NCBI GenBank assembly: GCA_025449635.1
Contig: JANWIZ010000016.1
Span: 1 to 56,835, forward strand
Length of the DNA: 56,835 nt
Origin: Patescibacteria group bacterium
GTDB lineage: Bacteria; Patescibacteriota; Microgenomatia; Woykebacterales; RBG-16-39-9b
Direction of reading: 5' to 3'
Below are positions 9,838-19,803 of the stretch, piece by piece. Within the stretch, counting starts at the first letter, position 1, and every line of letters starts with the position of its first letter. The notes below the pieces were generated by a model, which searched no databases, was not told the origin of the DNA, and was given only the letters and a program-made list of their open reading frames with translations. A program made the translations under genes and the position numbers.

Positions 9838-9901
9838 TCAGGTTAGGTCTTCCGCTCACCAAAGACTGATGTTATCGACACGAGAGCAACTGCACCAAAC
9901 A

Positions 9902-9940
9902 GCCGACCTTTGACTTTCAAGGGCCGGCATTTTTTATTTT
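9902..9940 (+). terminator. Rho-independent terminator
   Basis: GCCGACCTTTGA...TCAAGGGCCGGC stem followed by a T-tract. Confidence 0.8.
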
Positions 9941-9998
9941 CGGCCCGTAAACAAAAAGACGGTTATTGCAAGTTTATTTGATATAATCCAAATAAAAT

Positions 9999-10694
9999 AT
10001 GGATACAAAAGAAATTATTGTAAGGCTAAAAAAACTAGAGAATAAGCAAAATGTTGAGGGAATGGCTCGTTTTGGTATTTCTTCAAATAATACGTTGGGT
10101 GTTAGTGTTAAGGTTTTGAGAGACATAAGAAAAGAGATAAGAAGTGAGGTTGAAAGCAAGAAAGCTATTCATAGTATTGCCCTTGAGCTTTGGGAAAGTG
10201 GGATTCACGAAGCTAGAATGCTCGCGACTATTATTGATGTGCCAGAATTAGTAACAGAAAAGCAAGCAGACGCTTGGGTAAGAGATATTGAGAGTTGGGA
10301 TATTTGTGATGGATTTTGCTTGAATTTGATTGATAAGACACCTTTTGCCTTTAATAAGGTTAAGCAATGGGTTCAAGAAGAAAAGGAATTTACTCGAAGA
10401 GCAGCCTTTTCTTTATTGGCTGGATTAGCTGTTCATCATAAGTCTGCAAGTAATAGTGATTTTGAAAAGTTTCTACCTTTGATAAAGAAATATGCAACTG
10501 ACGATAGAAATTTTGTTCGAAAGAGTGTAAATTGGGCGTTAAGACAAATAGGTAAGAGAAACAATAAACTATTGCACAAAGCAATCGACTTAGCCGAGGA
10601 ACTACTGAGCATGGATTCAAAATCGGCAAAGTGGGTAGGGAAGGACGCACTAAGAGAATTAAAGGGGAAATTGAATGAGTATGAAGAAAGATGA
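9999..10694 (+). CDS. DNA alkylation repair protein (AlkD-like HEAT-repeat)
   Basis: SWDICD and DDRNFVRKSVNWALRQIGKR motifs. Confidence 0.88.
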   Translation: MDTKEIIVRLKKLENKQNVEGMARFGISSNNTLGVSVKVLRDIRKEIRSEVESKKAIHSIALELWESGIHEARMLATIIDVPELVTEKQADAWVRDIESWDICDGFCLNLIDKTPFAFNKVKQWVQEEKEFTRRAAFSLLAGLAVHHKSASNSDFEKFLPLIKKYATDDRNFVRKSVNWALRQIGKRNNKLLHKAIDLAEELLSMDSKSAKWVGKDALRELKGKLNEYEER

Positions 10695-11022
10695 AGGTTT
10701 CCATGCGTATATAATGAATGAAGTTTTGCAAGATTTTGAAGGCATTACTTCAAGAGCAATGTTTGGCGGTTGGGGAATATACAAAAATGGTTTGTTTTTT
10801 GCTTTGATTGCTGACGGTCAGCTGTATTTTAAGGTTGATGAGTCAAACAAGAGAGACTTTGAGAAGAAAAACTCAACGCAGTTTGTTTATCAAATGAAAA
10901 ATGGAAAAGAACAGAAAATGAATTATTGGGAAATACCAGTTGATGTACTTGAGGATAGCACAGAATTAAACAACTGGGTCGAAAAATCATTTGAGGTTGC
11001 TAAAAGGGGAAAAAAGAAATGA
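10675..11022 (+). CDS. TfoX/Sxy N-terminal domain protein
   Basis: RAMFGGWGIY...FFALI...LYFKVD motif. Confidence 0.88.
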   Translation: MSMKKDEGFHAYIMNEVLQDFEGITSRAMFGGWGIYKNGLFFALIADGQLYFKVDESNKRDFEKKNSTQFVYQMKNGKEQKMNYWEIPVDVLEDSTELNNWVEKSFEVAKRGKKK

Positions 11023-11408
11023 GTTATTCCAAGATGGAAATAGAGCAGAAACTTGAAAACAGACTAATTGGAAAGAGACAGATGCAAGAAGCAGTGGTTT
11101 CCGCATTAACTTTTTTACCAACCGATACTGCCGATGAAGTAACAAAAAGTGTTTGGTTTGTGTCAAATTTTGACGATGCTTGGGGTTTTACCTTAGATAG
11201 TAAAGATTTGGGACAAAGACATCTAGTTTTTCTTAGTGACGAGCTTTTTTTCGAACCTAAGCAGCAGGTACTTTATACAATTTTGCATGAAGTGGGGCAT
11301 GTAGCCCTAGGGCATCGTAATGCATTTTTCAAACCACAAACCAGACAGGAAACCGAAAAACAAGAATACGAAGCTGATAAGTTCGCTCGCAAATATCTGA
11401 AAAATTAA
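11019..11408 (+). CDS. HExxH zinc metallopeptidase (ImmA/IrrE-like)
   Basis: ILHEVGHVALGH...EYEADKFA. Confidence 0.65.
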   Translation: MSYSKMEIEQKLENRLIGKRQMQEAVVSALTFLPTDTADEVTKSVWFVSNFDDAWGFTLDSKDLGQRHLVFLSDELFFEPKQQVLYTILHEVGHVALGHRNAFFKPQTRQETEKQEYEADKFARKYLKN

Positions 11409-11803
11409 TTCTTGCCAGCTGAAAGTTTTAAAGATAAAGAATTTATACAATAACGCTGTCCTGTTGGTTTAGGACCATCTCCAAAAACATGACCAATGTG
11501 AGAACCACATCTAGAGCAAGTCACCTCGGTTCTTATCATCCCAAAACTTTCATCTGTCTTCTCCTCGACAACGATTTTTGATATGGGTTGGTAAAAACTC
11601 GGCCAGCCAGTACCGGAAGAAAATTTCGTTTCCGCATCAAAAAGTTCCTGTCCACACGCGGCACAAAGAAAAACACCTTCACCATGAAAATCTAGATACT
11701 GTCCGGAAAAAGGAGGTTCTGTACCTTTTCCTCTTGCTATGTGAAATAGTTGAGGTGAAAGTTGAGCTTCCCACTCAGATTCTGTTTTTTTGATTTTTTC
11801 CAT
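11405..11803 (-). CDS. msrB: Peptide-methionine (R)-S-oxide reductase
   Basis: GTEPPF, GWPSF, GHVFGDGP and RYCINS motifs. Confidence 0.96.
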   Translation of the reverse strand: MEKIKKTESEWEAQLSPQLFHIARGKGTEPPFSGQYLDFHGEGVFLCAACGQELFDAETKFSSGTGWPSFYQPISKIVVEEKTDESFGMIRTEVTCSRCGSHIGHVFGDGPKPTGQRYCINSLSLKLSAGKN

Positions 11804-11929
11804 ACTCTTATTATAACTAAATTGGAATACGAATAATTAACGAAAAAAATTGCAAATTATTTACACCTATGGTATACTATAATCATTCGAGCGCCAAAAA
11901 AGGCGCTTTTTTCGTGGGAAAATGAAAGT

Positions 11930-13699
11930 TTAGTAAATCTCAAACTTTTCCAGTAATTTTTTGTTCCCTTCAATTTGATAGTTTAGTAAATCAGAATAAA
12001 TACCGGGTTTGTTAGCTAACTCCTCTGGGGTACCATTTTCGACGAGCTTTCCATCAGAGATTACTAAAATTCGATCGACATTTTGTATTGTGCTAAAACG
12101 ATGAGCTATGATAATTACTAATCGATTTTTTAATAGGGTTTCCAGTGCGTCTTGGACTTCCTTTTCACTTTTTGCATCCAAACTGCTTGTTGCTTCATCA
12201 AGAATTAGTATTGGGGAGTCTTTAAGAATAGCACGAGCTATTTGAATTCGTTGTTTTTGCCCTCCTGATAGTCGTACCCCTCGTTCTCCTACTTCACTAT
12301 TAATTCCATTTGGGAGTTTTTCCACAAAATCATAGGCATTGGCTTTTTTTAGTGCTAAAATAACAGCCTCTTGTGTGGAATTTGGATTTCCGTAAGCAAC
12401 ATTTTCTCTAATGCTAGTTGAAAAAAGTTCGTTTTCTTGGAAAACTAAAGCGATATTATTTCGAATAAATTTATGATCCAAATTCGTATAATTTTGATCA
12501 TTAAGGAAAATATCTCCAATTGTTGGAGTATAAAATTTAAGAATCAGATTTACCAAAGTCGATTTACCTGCCCCTGAAGGACCAACTAAAGCTACAGTTT
12601 CCCTTTTTTTAAGGGTAAAGGAAATATTATCGATAACTTGGTCAGATTTTTCATAGCTAAAAGTTACATTTTCAAATTTGATACTCGTGTCTGTAAGAGG
12701 TTTTTCTTGAATTTCTAGCTTGTAGTCCTCAGTCGATTTCAATGCCAATATTTCAAAATATTCCTTCGAACCACTTTCTGCCTTTTGAATATTTGTCAGA
12801 ATGAAACTCATTGCAAACAGAGGTCTTCGAGCTTGATTTACCAGCTGTAATATAAGTACCATTGCCCCAATTGAGAGCGAACCATTAAAAGTGCTGTAAA
12901 ACACCGTGATATTAACCAGAGCTAAGATAATCAATAAACTAAGATTTCTGGCAAAATCAAATTTATGAAAAGTCGAACTTTGTTTTGCGTAAATCTCATT
13001 ACTTTTACTTAAGTTTTTCGAAACAAAGCCAAATTCGTTAACCTCATTGTTAAAACTTTTGACCAACTTTATATTAGAAATAACTTCATTGATACGACTT
13101 CTTGATAAATCCTCAATTTGGTTTTTTTTAACCTCTTCTTCCCCCCAACGTTTGGTAGAGTAATAGCTTAATGAAAGATAAATTGGAAATAAAATCAGTA
13201 CAAAAAGAGCAATGGGAATACTAAAATAGGCAAGAACCACAATGGTAAAAATACTTTGTAAAAATGTTGGTAGAATAAAATTTGTTGCCCCATTAATAAA
13301 GTTTGAAATTGAAGAGATTGCTCGATTTAGCTGGTTAATCATTCTTCCGGAAAGTTCCCCATCAAAGTAACTCTGTGGAAGTGTCAAAACTTTATCATAA
13401 AATTTTTCAGTTAAAAATTTACTTAACCTGCCTGCAAAATGATCTCCAAGACGTTCACTGATTGAGGTAGTTATTTGACCAAAAATGCTTAACAAAAATC
13501 CAGCTAAAATAAGCAAAATCAGTTCAGAAAGGCTACCACCTTTATCCGAAAGTTGGGCGACGATATTGTCAACAATAAATTTAGAAAGGATAGGAGGAAT
13601 GAGTTCTATCAAAGCCCCTGTCACAATTAATAAAGCAATAAGTGCGACTAATTTGTGTAATGGTTTAGAAATCCCAATGATTTTAACAATATTGCTCAT
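11930..13699 (-). CDS. ABC exporter, fused permease/ATPase
   Basis: N-terminal TM domain; GPSGAGKS, LSGGQKQR and ILDEATS. Confidence 0.93.
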   Translation of the reverse strand: MSNIVKIIGISKPLHKLVALIALLIVTGALIELIPPILSKFIVDNIVAQLSDKGGSLSELILLILAGFLLSIFGQITTSISERLGDHFAGRLSKFLTEKFYDKVLTLPQSYFDGELSGRMINQLNRAISSISNFINGATNFILPTFLQSIFTIVVLAYFSIPIALFVLILFPIYLSLSYYSTKRWGEEEVKKNQIEDLSRSRINEVISNIKLVKSFNNEVNEFGFVSKNLSKSNEIYAKQSSTFHKFDFARNLSLLIILALVNITVFYSTFNGSLSIGAMVLILQLVNQARRPLFAMSFILTNIQKAESGSKEYFEILALKSTEDYKLEIQEKPLTDTSIKFENVTFSYEKSDQVIDNISFTLKKRETVALVGPSGAGKSTLVNLILKFYTPTIGDIFLNDQNYTNLDHKFIRNNIALVFQENELFSTSIRENVAYGNPNSTQEAVILALKKANAYDFVEKLPNGINSEVGERGVRLSGGQKQRIQIARAILKDSPILILDEATSSLDAKSEKEVQDALETLLKNRLVIIIAHRFSTIQNVDRILVISDGKLVENGTPEELANKPGIYSDLLNYQIEGNKKLLEKFEIY

Positions 13700-13725
13700 T
13701 TAAGTTGGTTTATTCTATCATTATT

Positions 13726-14028
13726 ATGATGAGCCCAAAAGAACGCGTTTATAAAATAATATCAGAAATACCTTTAGGAAAAGTTGCTACTTATGGAATG
13801 ATAGCTAGATTGGCCGATACCGGTCCAAGGGCGGTTGGTACCTACCTGCATCAAAATAAAGACCCAAAAACATATCCTTGCCACAGAGTCGTCCACGCCG
13901 ATGGAAGTTTGGCACCTAGTTATGTTTTTGGAGGGTACCGAAAGCAATTTGAAAAACTGAAAAAAGAAAAAGTATTTTTTAAAGAGGAGAAAGTGAATCT
14001 CAAAGAGTCTCTTTGGACACAAACTTAA
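13726..14028 (+). CDS. ogt: Single-domain O6-methylguanine-DNA methyltransferase (MGMT family)
   Basis: IPLGKVATYG, RAVG and PCHRVV (active Cys kept). Confidence 0.85.
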   Translation: MMSPKERVYKIISEIPLGKVATYGMIARLADTGPRAVGTYLHQNKDPKTYPCHRVVHADGSLAPSYVFGGYRKQFEKLKKEKVFFKEEKVNLKESLWTQT

Positions 14029-14066
14029 TAAGACTAACCCCTTTCTTATGCTACAATCTTTCGGAT

Positions 14067-15698
14067 ATGGATAAGCGTTGGGTGCTGTACCCGAAAACGT
14101 CAGAGGATCTGACAGAACAACTACTTAATAATCGTCAAATTCAAAATAGAGAAAAATTTCTTAACCCTTTATTAACCCACCTGACTGATAGTAGAAAACT
14201 TTTCCCTGAGATTGAAAAAGCAACTGAAAGAATAAAAAGAGCCATCAAAAACAAAGAATTAGTATATATTTATGGTGACTATGATGTTGACGGTATTACA
14301 GGTAGTGCAATTCTTTGGGAAACAATAAATTTTCTTGGAGGAGAAGTTATGCCCTATATACCTTCACGTCATTCAGAAGGTTATGGGTTACATACAGAAG
14401 CACTGAAGCATTTGGCAAAAAAAGGAGCTAAAGTGGTTATCAGTGTCGATTGTGGGGTAACTGCTATAGAACAGTCAAAATTAGCTAAGAAGATTAACAT
14501 TGATCTGATTATTACAGATCATCATCAGCCTCAAGAAAGCTTGCCAAAACCCTATGCACTTATCCATACAACTAGTTTATCGGGTAGTGGGGTTGCGTTT
14601 CGACTGGCGGAAAACCTTTTAGAAAATTTTGGCAAATCTTCTGATAAGCAGTTTTTTAGAAATTTGGAACTGGCTAGTTTAGGAACAGTCGCGGATATGG
14701 TTCCTTTAACTAACGATAATCGCATAATTGTAAGTAATGGGTTATCGCTTTTATCAAAAACAGAAAGGTTAGGTCTACAAGCACTCTATCAGGAAGCTGG
14801 GGTAGGCTCGAGAATTGGAATTTATGAAGTTGGTTTTGCAATTTCGCCGAGACTCAATGCTATGGGGAGAATGCAGAATGCCTTAGATTCACTGAGGTTA
14901 CTTTTAACTAGGGATAAAGTTCGGGCGGAAAAACTAGCTCTTAATTTGAGCAAAATAAATAAAGATCGCCAAGACCAAACTAAAAGAGTTTTTGATCACG
15001 CAAAAAGTCAAATTGAAAAGAAGTTTTCGGAAAAAAGTTTTTTAATTGTGGAGTCTGAAAATTATCCTGAAGGGGTAGTTGGTTTGGTTGCTTCGAGATT
15101 GGTAGAGACTTTTTACAAACCCACAGCAGTAATTGGCAAAGGAGAAAAAGTTTTTAAAGGATCAGCACGATCAATTGGAAATTTCAATATTACTCAAGCG
15201 ATTAGTACCCAAGAGAAAATTCTCGTTTCTCACGGTGGCCACCCAATGGCTGCTGGTTTTTCGATCGAAGGTAAAAATATTCCTAAGTTTAGAGAAAATT
15301 TAGAGGATATCGCAAAAAAGGATATTTCTGACGATGATTTTATACCAAAACTGAAAGTCGATTGGGAACTTAAATTAAATGAGATAGATCAAAATTTATT
15401 GAAAATAATTAAACAACTCGAACCTTTTGGGATCGGAAATCCAGAACCAGTGTTTTTAACTAAAGTACTAGAAATAGTAGAAGTTAAGAGAATTGGTAAG
15501 GAGAGTCAACATTTGCGCCTTTTTGTGAAAGATAGTTTCGGTAACACTATTTCCGGAGTTGGATTTGGTTTTGGCAGTCAAAACTTTACGAAAGGAGAAA
15601 TCATAGATGTAGTTTATAATTTGAGGGAAAATACTTGGAATAGCCGAAAAACAATTGAGGCTCGGATTAAGGATATAAAAAAACAAATTTCAATATAG
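14067..15698 (+). CDS. recJ: ssDNA-specific exonuclease RecJ
   Basis: YGDYDVDG, VDCG, TDHH, GSARS and GGHPMAAG motifs. Confidence 0.95.
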   Translation: MDKRWVLYPKTSEDLTEQLLNNRQIQNREKFLNPLLTHLTDSRKLFPEIEKATERIKRAIKNKELVYIYGDYDVDGITGSAILWETINFLGGEVMPYIPSRHSEGYGLHTEALKHLAKKGAKVVISVDCGVTAIEQSKLAKKINIDLIITDHHQPQESLPKPYALIHTTSLSGSGVAFRLAENLLENFGKSSDKQFFRNLELASLGTVADMVPLTNDNRIIVSNGLSLLSKTERLGLQALYQEAGVGSRIGIYEVGFAISPRLNAMGRMQNALDSLRLLLTRDKVRAEKLALNLSKINKDRQDQTKRVFDHAKSQIEKKFSEKSFLIVESENYPEGVVGLVASRLVETFYKPTAVIGKGEKVFKGSARSIGNFNITQAISTQEKILVSHGGHPMAAGFSIEGKNIPKFRENLEDIAKKDISDDDFIPKLKVDWELKLNEIDQNLLKIIKQLEPFGIGNPEPVFLTKVLEIVEVKRIGKESQHLRLFVKDSFGNTISGVGFGFGSQNFTKGEIIDVVYNLRENTWNSRKTIEARIKDIKKQISI

Positions 15699-15731
15699 AC
15701 AAAGGAATACTGTTAGAATAGAATTGCTGCT

Positions 15732-17129
15732 ATGAAAAGAACGTACATAAAGGATCTTCCTAAAAGTTTAGAAGAAGAGGTTGAATGCTTTGGTTGGGTC
15801 AATTCGAGAAGAGATCATGGAAAAATAATTTTCTTTGATTTACGAGATTCAACAGGTTTACTTCAAGTTGTTTCTACCCCCAAAAACGAAAATAGTTATA
15901 AAATTGCGGAAACGTTGACTTCTGAGGATGTTGTTAAAGTGAAAGGTGTACTAAAGCAAAGACCTGAGGCAAACATAAATGAGGATTTAGTAACTGGAAA
16001 AGTCGAACTGCACATTTCCGACCTGGAGATTATTGGAAAGTCAAAGGAATTACCGATCCCAATTGACTCTGATGGTTATGAAATTGACGAGGGGGTACGT
16101 CTACGCTACCGATATCTAGATTTACGTAGATCTAGGCTTCAGAATAATTTGAAGTTACGTCACGAAACAAGTATTTTAATAAGGAATTTTCTTAATGATA
16201 GAAACTTTATCGAAGTTGAAACTCCTTATTTGAGTAAGACCACTCCCGAAGGAGCAAGAGATTTTTTGGTTCCTTCAAGAATGCAAAAGAGTAAATTTTA
16301 CGCACTTGCCCAGTCGCCCCAGCAGTATAAGCAGTTATTAATGATATCTGGAATTGATAAGTACTATCAATTTCCTAGAGCATTTCGTGACGAAGACTTG
16401 CGAGCGGATCGTCAATTTGAGCATACCCAGGTTGATATAGAACTTGCCTTTGTTGATCGCGATGCTATCCTTTCGTTAATTGAGACTATGATGTTGGAGA
16501 TTTCTGAAAAACTCGGAAAAAAAGTAACGGAAAAAAAGTTTCCTAGAATTAGCTATACTGAGGCACTGGAAAAATACGGGTCAGATAAATTTGATTTTAG
16601 AAAAAATAAAGAGGATAAAAACGAACTTGCTTTTGCTTTTGTAATAGACTTTCCGCTATTCGAGTATATTGACGAAGAGAAGCGCTGGACTTTTTCTCAT
16701 AACCCTTTCACAGCCCCAAAGCAAACTGACGTTGGAGATTTAGAAACGGGAAAAAATATTGGCAAGATTGGATCTCTGCAATACGACCTGATATGTAATG
16801 GTTTTGAATTAGCTTCAGGAAGTATTCGAATTCATGATCCTAGAATTCAAAGACAAGCCTTTAAAATAATGGGTTATTCTGACAGCGAAATTGAAAACAA
16901 CTTTGGACATATTCTTGAGGCATATGAATTCGGGGCTCCAATACACGGTGGGATAGCGCTAGGTCTGGATCGGTTAATAGCGGTTTTGAGCGGTGAAAAA
17001 TCAATTCGCGAAGTAGTATCTTTTCCAATTAATTCTAGTGGTCAAACTTCTGTTATGGAAGCACCAAATAAAGTGTCTTCGAACACATTAAAAGACCTAG
17101 GATTAAAGCAATTATCAGATAAAGAGTAA
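15732..17129 (+). CDS. aspS: Aspartate--tRNA ligase (short form lacking the GAD insertion)
   Basis: TPEGARDFLVPSR, LAQSPQ.YKQ, FRDEDLRADRQ and HGGIALGLDR. Confidence 0.95.
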   Translation: MKRTYIKDLPKSLEEEVECFGWVNSRRDHGKIIFFDLRDSTGLLQVVSTPKNENSYKIAETLTSEDVVKVKGVLKQRPEANINEDLVTGKVELHISDLEIIGKSKELPIPIDSDGYEIDEGVRLRYRYLDLRRSRLQNNLKLRHETSILIRNFLNDRNFIEVETPYLSKTTPEGARDFLVPSRMQKSKFYALAQSPQQYKQLLMISGIDKYYQFPRAFRDEDLRADRQFEHTQVDIELAFVDRDAILSLIETMMLEISEKLGKKVTEKKFPRISYTEALEKYGSDKFDFRKNKEDKNELAFAFVIDFPLFEYIDEEKRWTFSHNPFTAPKQTDVGDLETGKNIGKIGSLQYDLICNGFELASGSIRIHDPRIQRQAFKIMGYSDSEIENNFGHILEAYEFGAPIHGGIALGLDRLIAVLSGEKSIREVVSFPINSSGQTSVMEAPNKVSSNTLKDLGLKQLSDKE

Positions 17130-17180
17130 GTTTATTGATCGAGTATTACTATTGGGCAATTTTTCTGTTCTGAAAATATA

Positions 17181-18248
17181 TTATTGTTGATAGTTGGAGC
17201 TAATTGCAGATACGTAAGCAACGAAGCTTTTTCTTACTCCTTTGACTAAACCATCACCTTCAAAAACATAAATTGGTTGAAAATAACGAACTTCAGTAAT
17301 TGGATTGAGATAGGCAAGCGATATTTTCGCAATTTCAACATAATCAAAGACTTCAGAGCCACCAATAACAGCATAACCATTGCCTTTTTTTAGATCGTCG
17401 AGTGCTTTCAGAGGTGTTTTTGGAGGGTAAGTTCCAATTTTTGCTTTATCATAGTGCCAATAAGTATAGTTTAGCTCAAGTAGCTTTTTTTCAGTTTTTT
17501 GTGCAGCAGAAATTAGAACATTGATGGAAGATTTATCAGGGTTTCCTTCAATAACTTCGTATTTATCCTCGAGCTTATCCCTAAATATTTCTACCAAAAC
17601 AGCGTTTGCATCAGAATAACTACTAACCTGATTCTTATCCTTACCAGCTAATTTCCAAAAAGTGATTCTCGATTTACCGTTTACAAGATCTGGTTTTAAG
17701 GAGTTAAAATCTTTTATAAAAGATCGCGCTAATTTAGTGATTTCAGCGTCGTTTGTTTTGAAGATACCCACTAAACTAGACGGATCAGAAACCCAGTCGT
17801 AAGTGAAAACAAAGTTTCCAGTTACTATATTGTATTTTAAATTTCTCGCTCTAACTTTATTAGAAGTAAACTGCCACTCATTTTCAGAAATTTTATCAGG
17901 GTCAGCATCCAAACCGTTACTACGGGCGATTTTTTTTGCATTTTCAAGCGAAGTAAACTTACCTTCTACATTCGGAACTTTATAGACTTTTAGGGTTGTA
18001 GGAGGAATAGGAAGTACACCACCTGGAGTTTCTAAACTAAATAAGTTTGGGCTAGGTACAAAGTTAGCCGTGAAGGGTACTGGTAATTTACCAAAAGCAA
18101 TATCTGGACCGATTTTTTTCGGGTTAATTAACCCAAAGAGGAAAACGAGTAACAACCACAATAACCAAAGAATGAATAGGACAACAAGTCCGATTCCGAG
18201 ATATTTTATGGCTGATTTGAAATTAAATGAGATTTCGGACAGATTCAT
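17181..18248 (-). CDS. Hypothetical membrane-anchored extracytoplasmic protein
   Basis: N-terminal TM helix; long ORF. Confidence 0.75.
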   Translation of the reverse strand: MNLSEISFNFKSAIKYLGIGLVVLFILWLLWLLLVFLFGLINPKKIGPDIAFGKLPVPFTANFVPSPNLFSLETPGGVLPIPPTTLKVYKVPNVEGKFTSLENAKKIARSNGLDADPDKISENEWQFTSNKVRARNLKYNIVTGNFVFTYDWVSDPSSLVGIFKTNDAEITKLARSFIKDFNSLKPDLVNGKSRITFWKLAGKDKNQVSSYSDANAVLVEIFRDKLEDKYEVIEGNPDKSSINVLISAAQKTEKKLLELNYTYWHYDKAKIGTYPPKTPLKALDDLKKGNGYAVIGGSEVFDYVEIAKISLAYLNPITEVRYFQPIYVFEGDGLVKGVRKSFVAYVSAISSNYQQ

Positions 18249-18344
18249 GGTTTAGTTAAGTATATCTTTTGAGAGAAAAATAATTCAAGTTAATTTGGCA
18301 AACGAGCTTTAAACCCCTATAATCAACACGTATAATTTATACAA

Positions 18345-19778
18345 ATGAGTAAAATAAGAACTAGAATAGCTCCGTCCCCGACCGGTAGTCCTCACATCGG
18401 AACTGCATATGCAGCTCTTTTTAACTATGTTTTCGCAAAGAAAAACAAAGGAGATTTTATTTTAAGAATTGAAGATACTGACAGAACTAGATTTGTTGAA
18501 GGTTCGGAACAAGAGATAAACGAAGCTCTTTCTTGGTTGGATTTGGATACTGACGAGAGTCCTTTAAAGAAAGGAAATTTTGGTCCTTATCGACAATCCG
18601 AAAGATTGGAAATTTACAAAGAATATATTGAAAAATTATTAACCGCGGGAAAAGCTTATTATTGTGATTGTAGCGAGCAAAGATTGTTAAAAGTACGTGA
18701 AGAACAACAATCAAGAAAAGAAAACCCTCATTATGATCGTAAATGTCGTTATGATCCGCCAATTAAAACAAATAATGCAGTTGTTAGATTGTCAGTAGCT
18801 TTGGATGGAGAAACAGAAGTCGAAGATTTGATCAGAGGAAGAATAGTTTTTGAAAATAAATTAATTGATGATCAAGTTTTAATGAAGTCTGATGGCTTTC
18901 CCACTTATCACTTAGCCTCAGTAATTGACGACCATTTGATGGAGATTAGTCATGTTATTCGTGCAGAGGAATGGCTTTCAAGCACCCCAAAACACGTTCT
19001 GCTATATCAAGCATTTGGCTGGAAGCTACCTCACTTTGCCCACCTGCCTTTGCTTCGTAATCAAGATAAATCAAAGATTAGTAAGCGTAAGAACCCAGTA
19101 GCAGTTGAGTTTTATCGAAGAGAGGGTTATTTACCTGAAGCTTTAGTAAACTTTTTAGCTTTAATGGGCTGGTCGATGCCACACGATCAAGAAATATTTA
19201 CACTTGAAGAGATGATTAATAATTTCACTTTTGACAGAATAGGAACAGTTGGGCCAGTATTTGATGTTCAGAAACTGGATTGGTTAAATGGAGAGTATAT
19301 TCGTGCACTACCTGATCATGAATTAGTAAAACTACTTTTATCAGGATTTACTAAATACAGTAAAGATCAGGTTGAGTTAATAATTACACTAGTTAAAGAA
19401 AGATTAAAAAAGCTTTCAGAGTTTGACAAATTTGTTGCATATTTTTTCGAAGAGGAATTCAATCCAAACGTAGAGTTAATTCAGGTAGTTAGTGGGCATT
19501 CTAAGAATGACACAATCGATAAGCTAAACGACCTTCTTCTCGAAGCAAAAAGAATTGAGAACAATAATTGGGGTAAAAAGAACCTTGAGGATATTCTCAA
19601 AAACAAACCAGACCAAATAGGTTGGTCAAAGACTAATTATTTTCAAACGATTCGTGTTTGTGTAAGCGGCACAAACCAAACACCACCACTTTTTGATATT
19701 TTGGAAGTTATTGGAAAAGATAAAGTATTAAAGAGAATCAGCGCAAATATTTCTGAGCTTGAAAAGCTTTCAGATTAA
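18345..19778 (+). CDS. gltX: Glutamate--tRNA ligase
   Basis: APSPTGSPHIG, LRIEDTD and KISKR motifs. Confidence 0.97.
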   Translation: MSKIRTRIAPSPTGSPHIGTAYAALFNYVFAKKNKGDFILRIEDTDRTRFVEGSEQEINEALSWLDLDTDESPLKKGNFGPYRQSERLEIYKEYIEKLLTAGKAYYCDCSEQRLLKVREEQQSRKENPHYDRKCRYDPPIKTNNAVVRLSVALDGETEVEDLIRGRIVFENKLIDDQVLMKSDGFPTYHLASVIDDHLMEISHVIRAEEWLSSTPKHVLLYQAFGWKLPHFAHLPLLRNQDKSKISKRKNPVAVEFYRREGYLPEALVNFLALMGWSMPHDQEIFTLEEMINNFTFDRIGTVGPVFDVQKLDWLNGEYIRALPDHELVKLLLSGFTKYSKDQVELIITLVKERLKKLSEFDKFVAYFFEEEFNPNVELIQVVSGHSKNDTIDKLNDLLLEAKRIENNNWGKKNLEDILKNKPDQIGWSKTNYFQTIRVCVSGTNQTPPLFDILEVIGKDKVLKRISANISELEKLSD

Positions 19779-19803
19779 CCTAATTGTTGCTATCATAAAA
19801 GCA

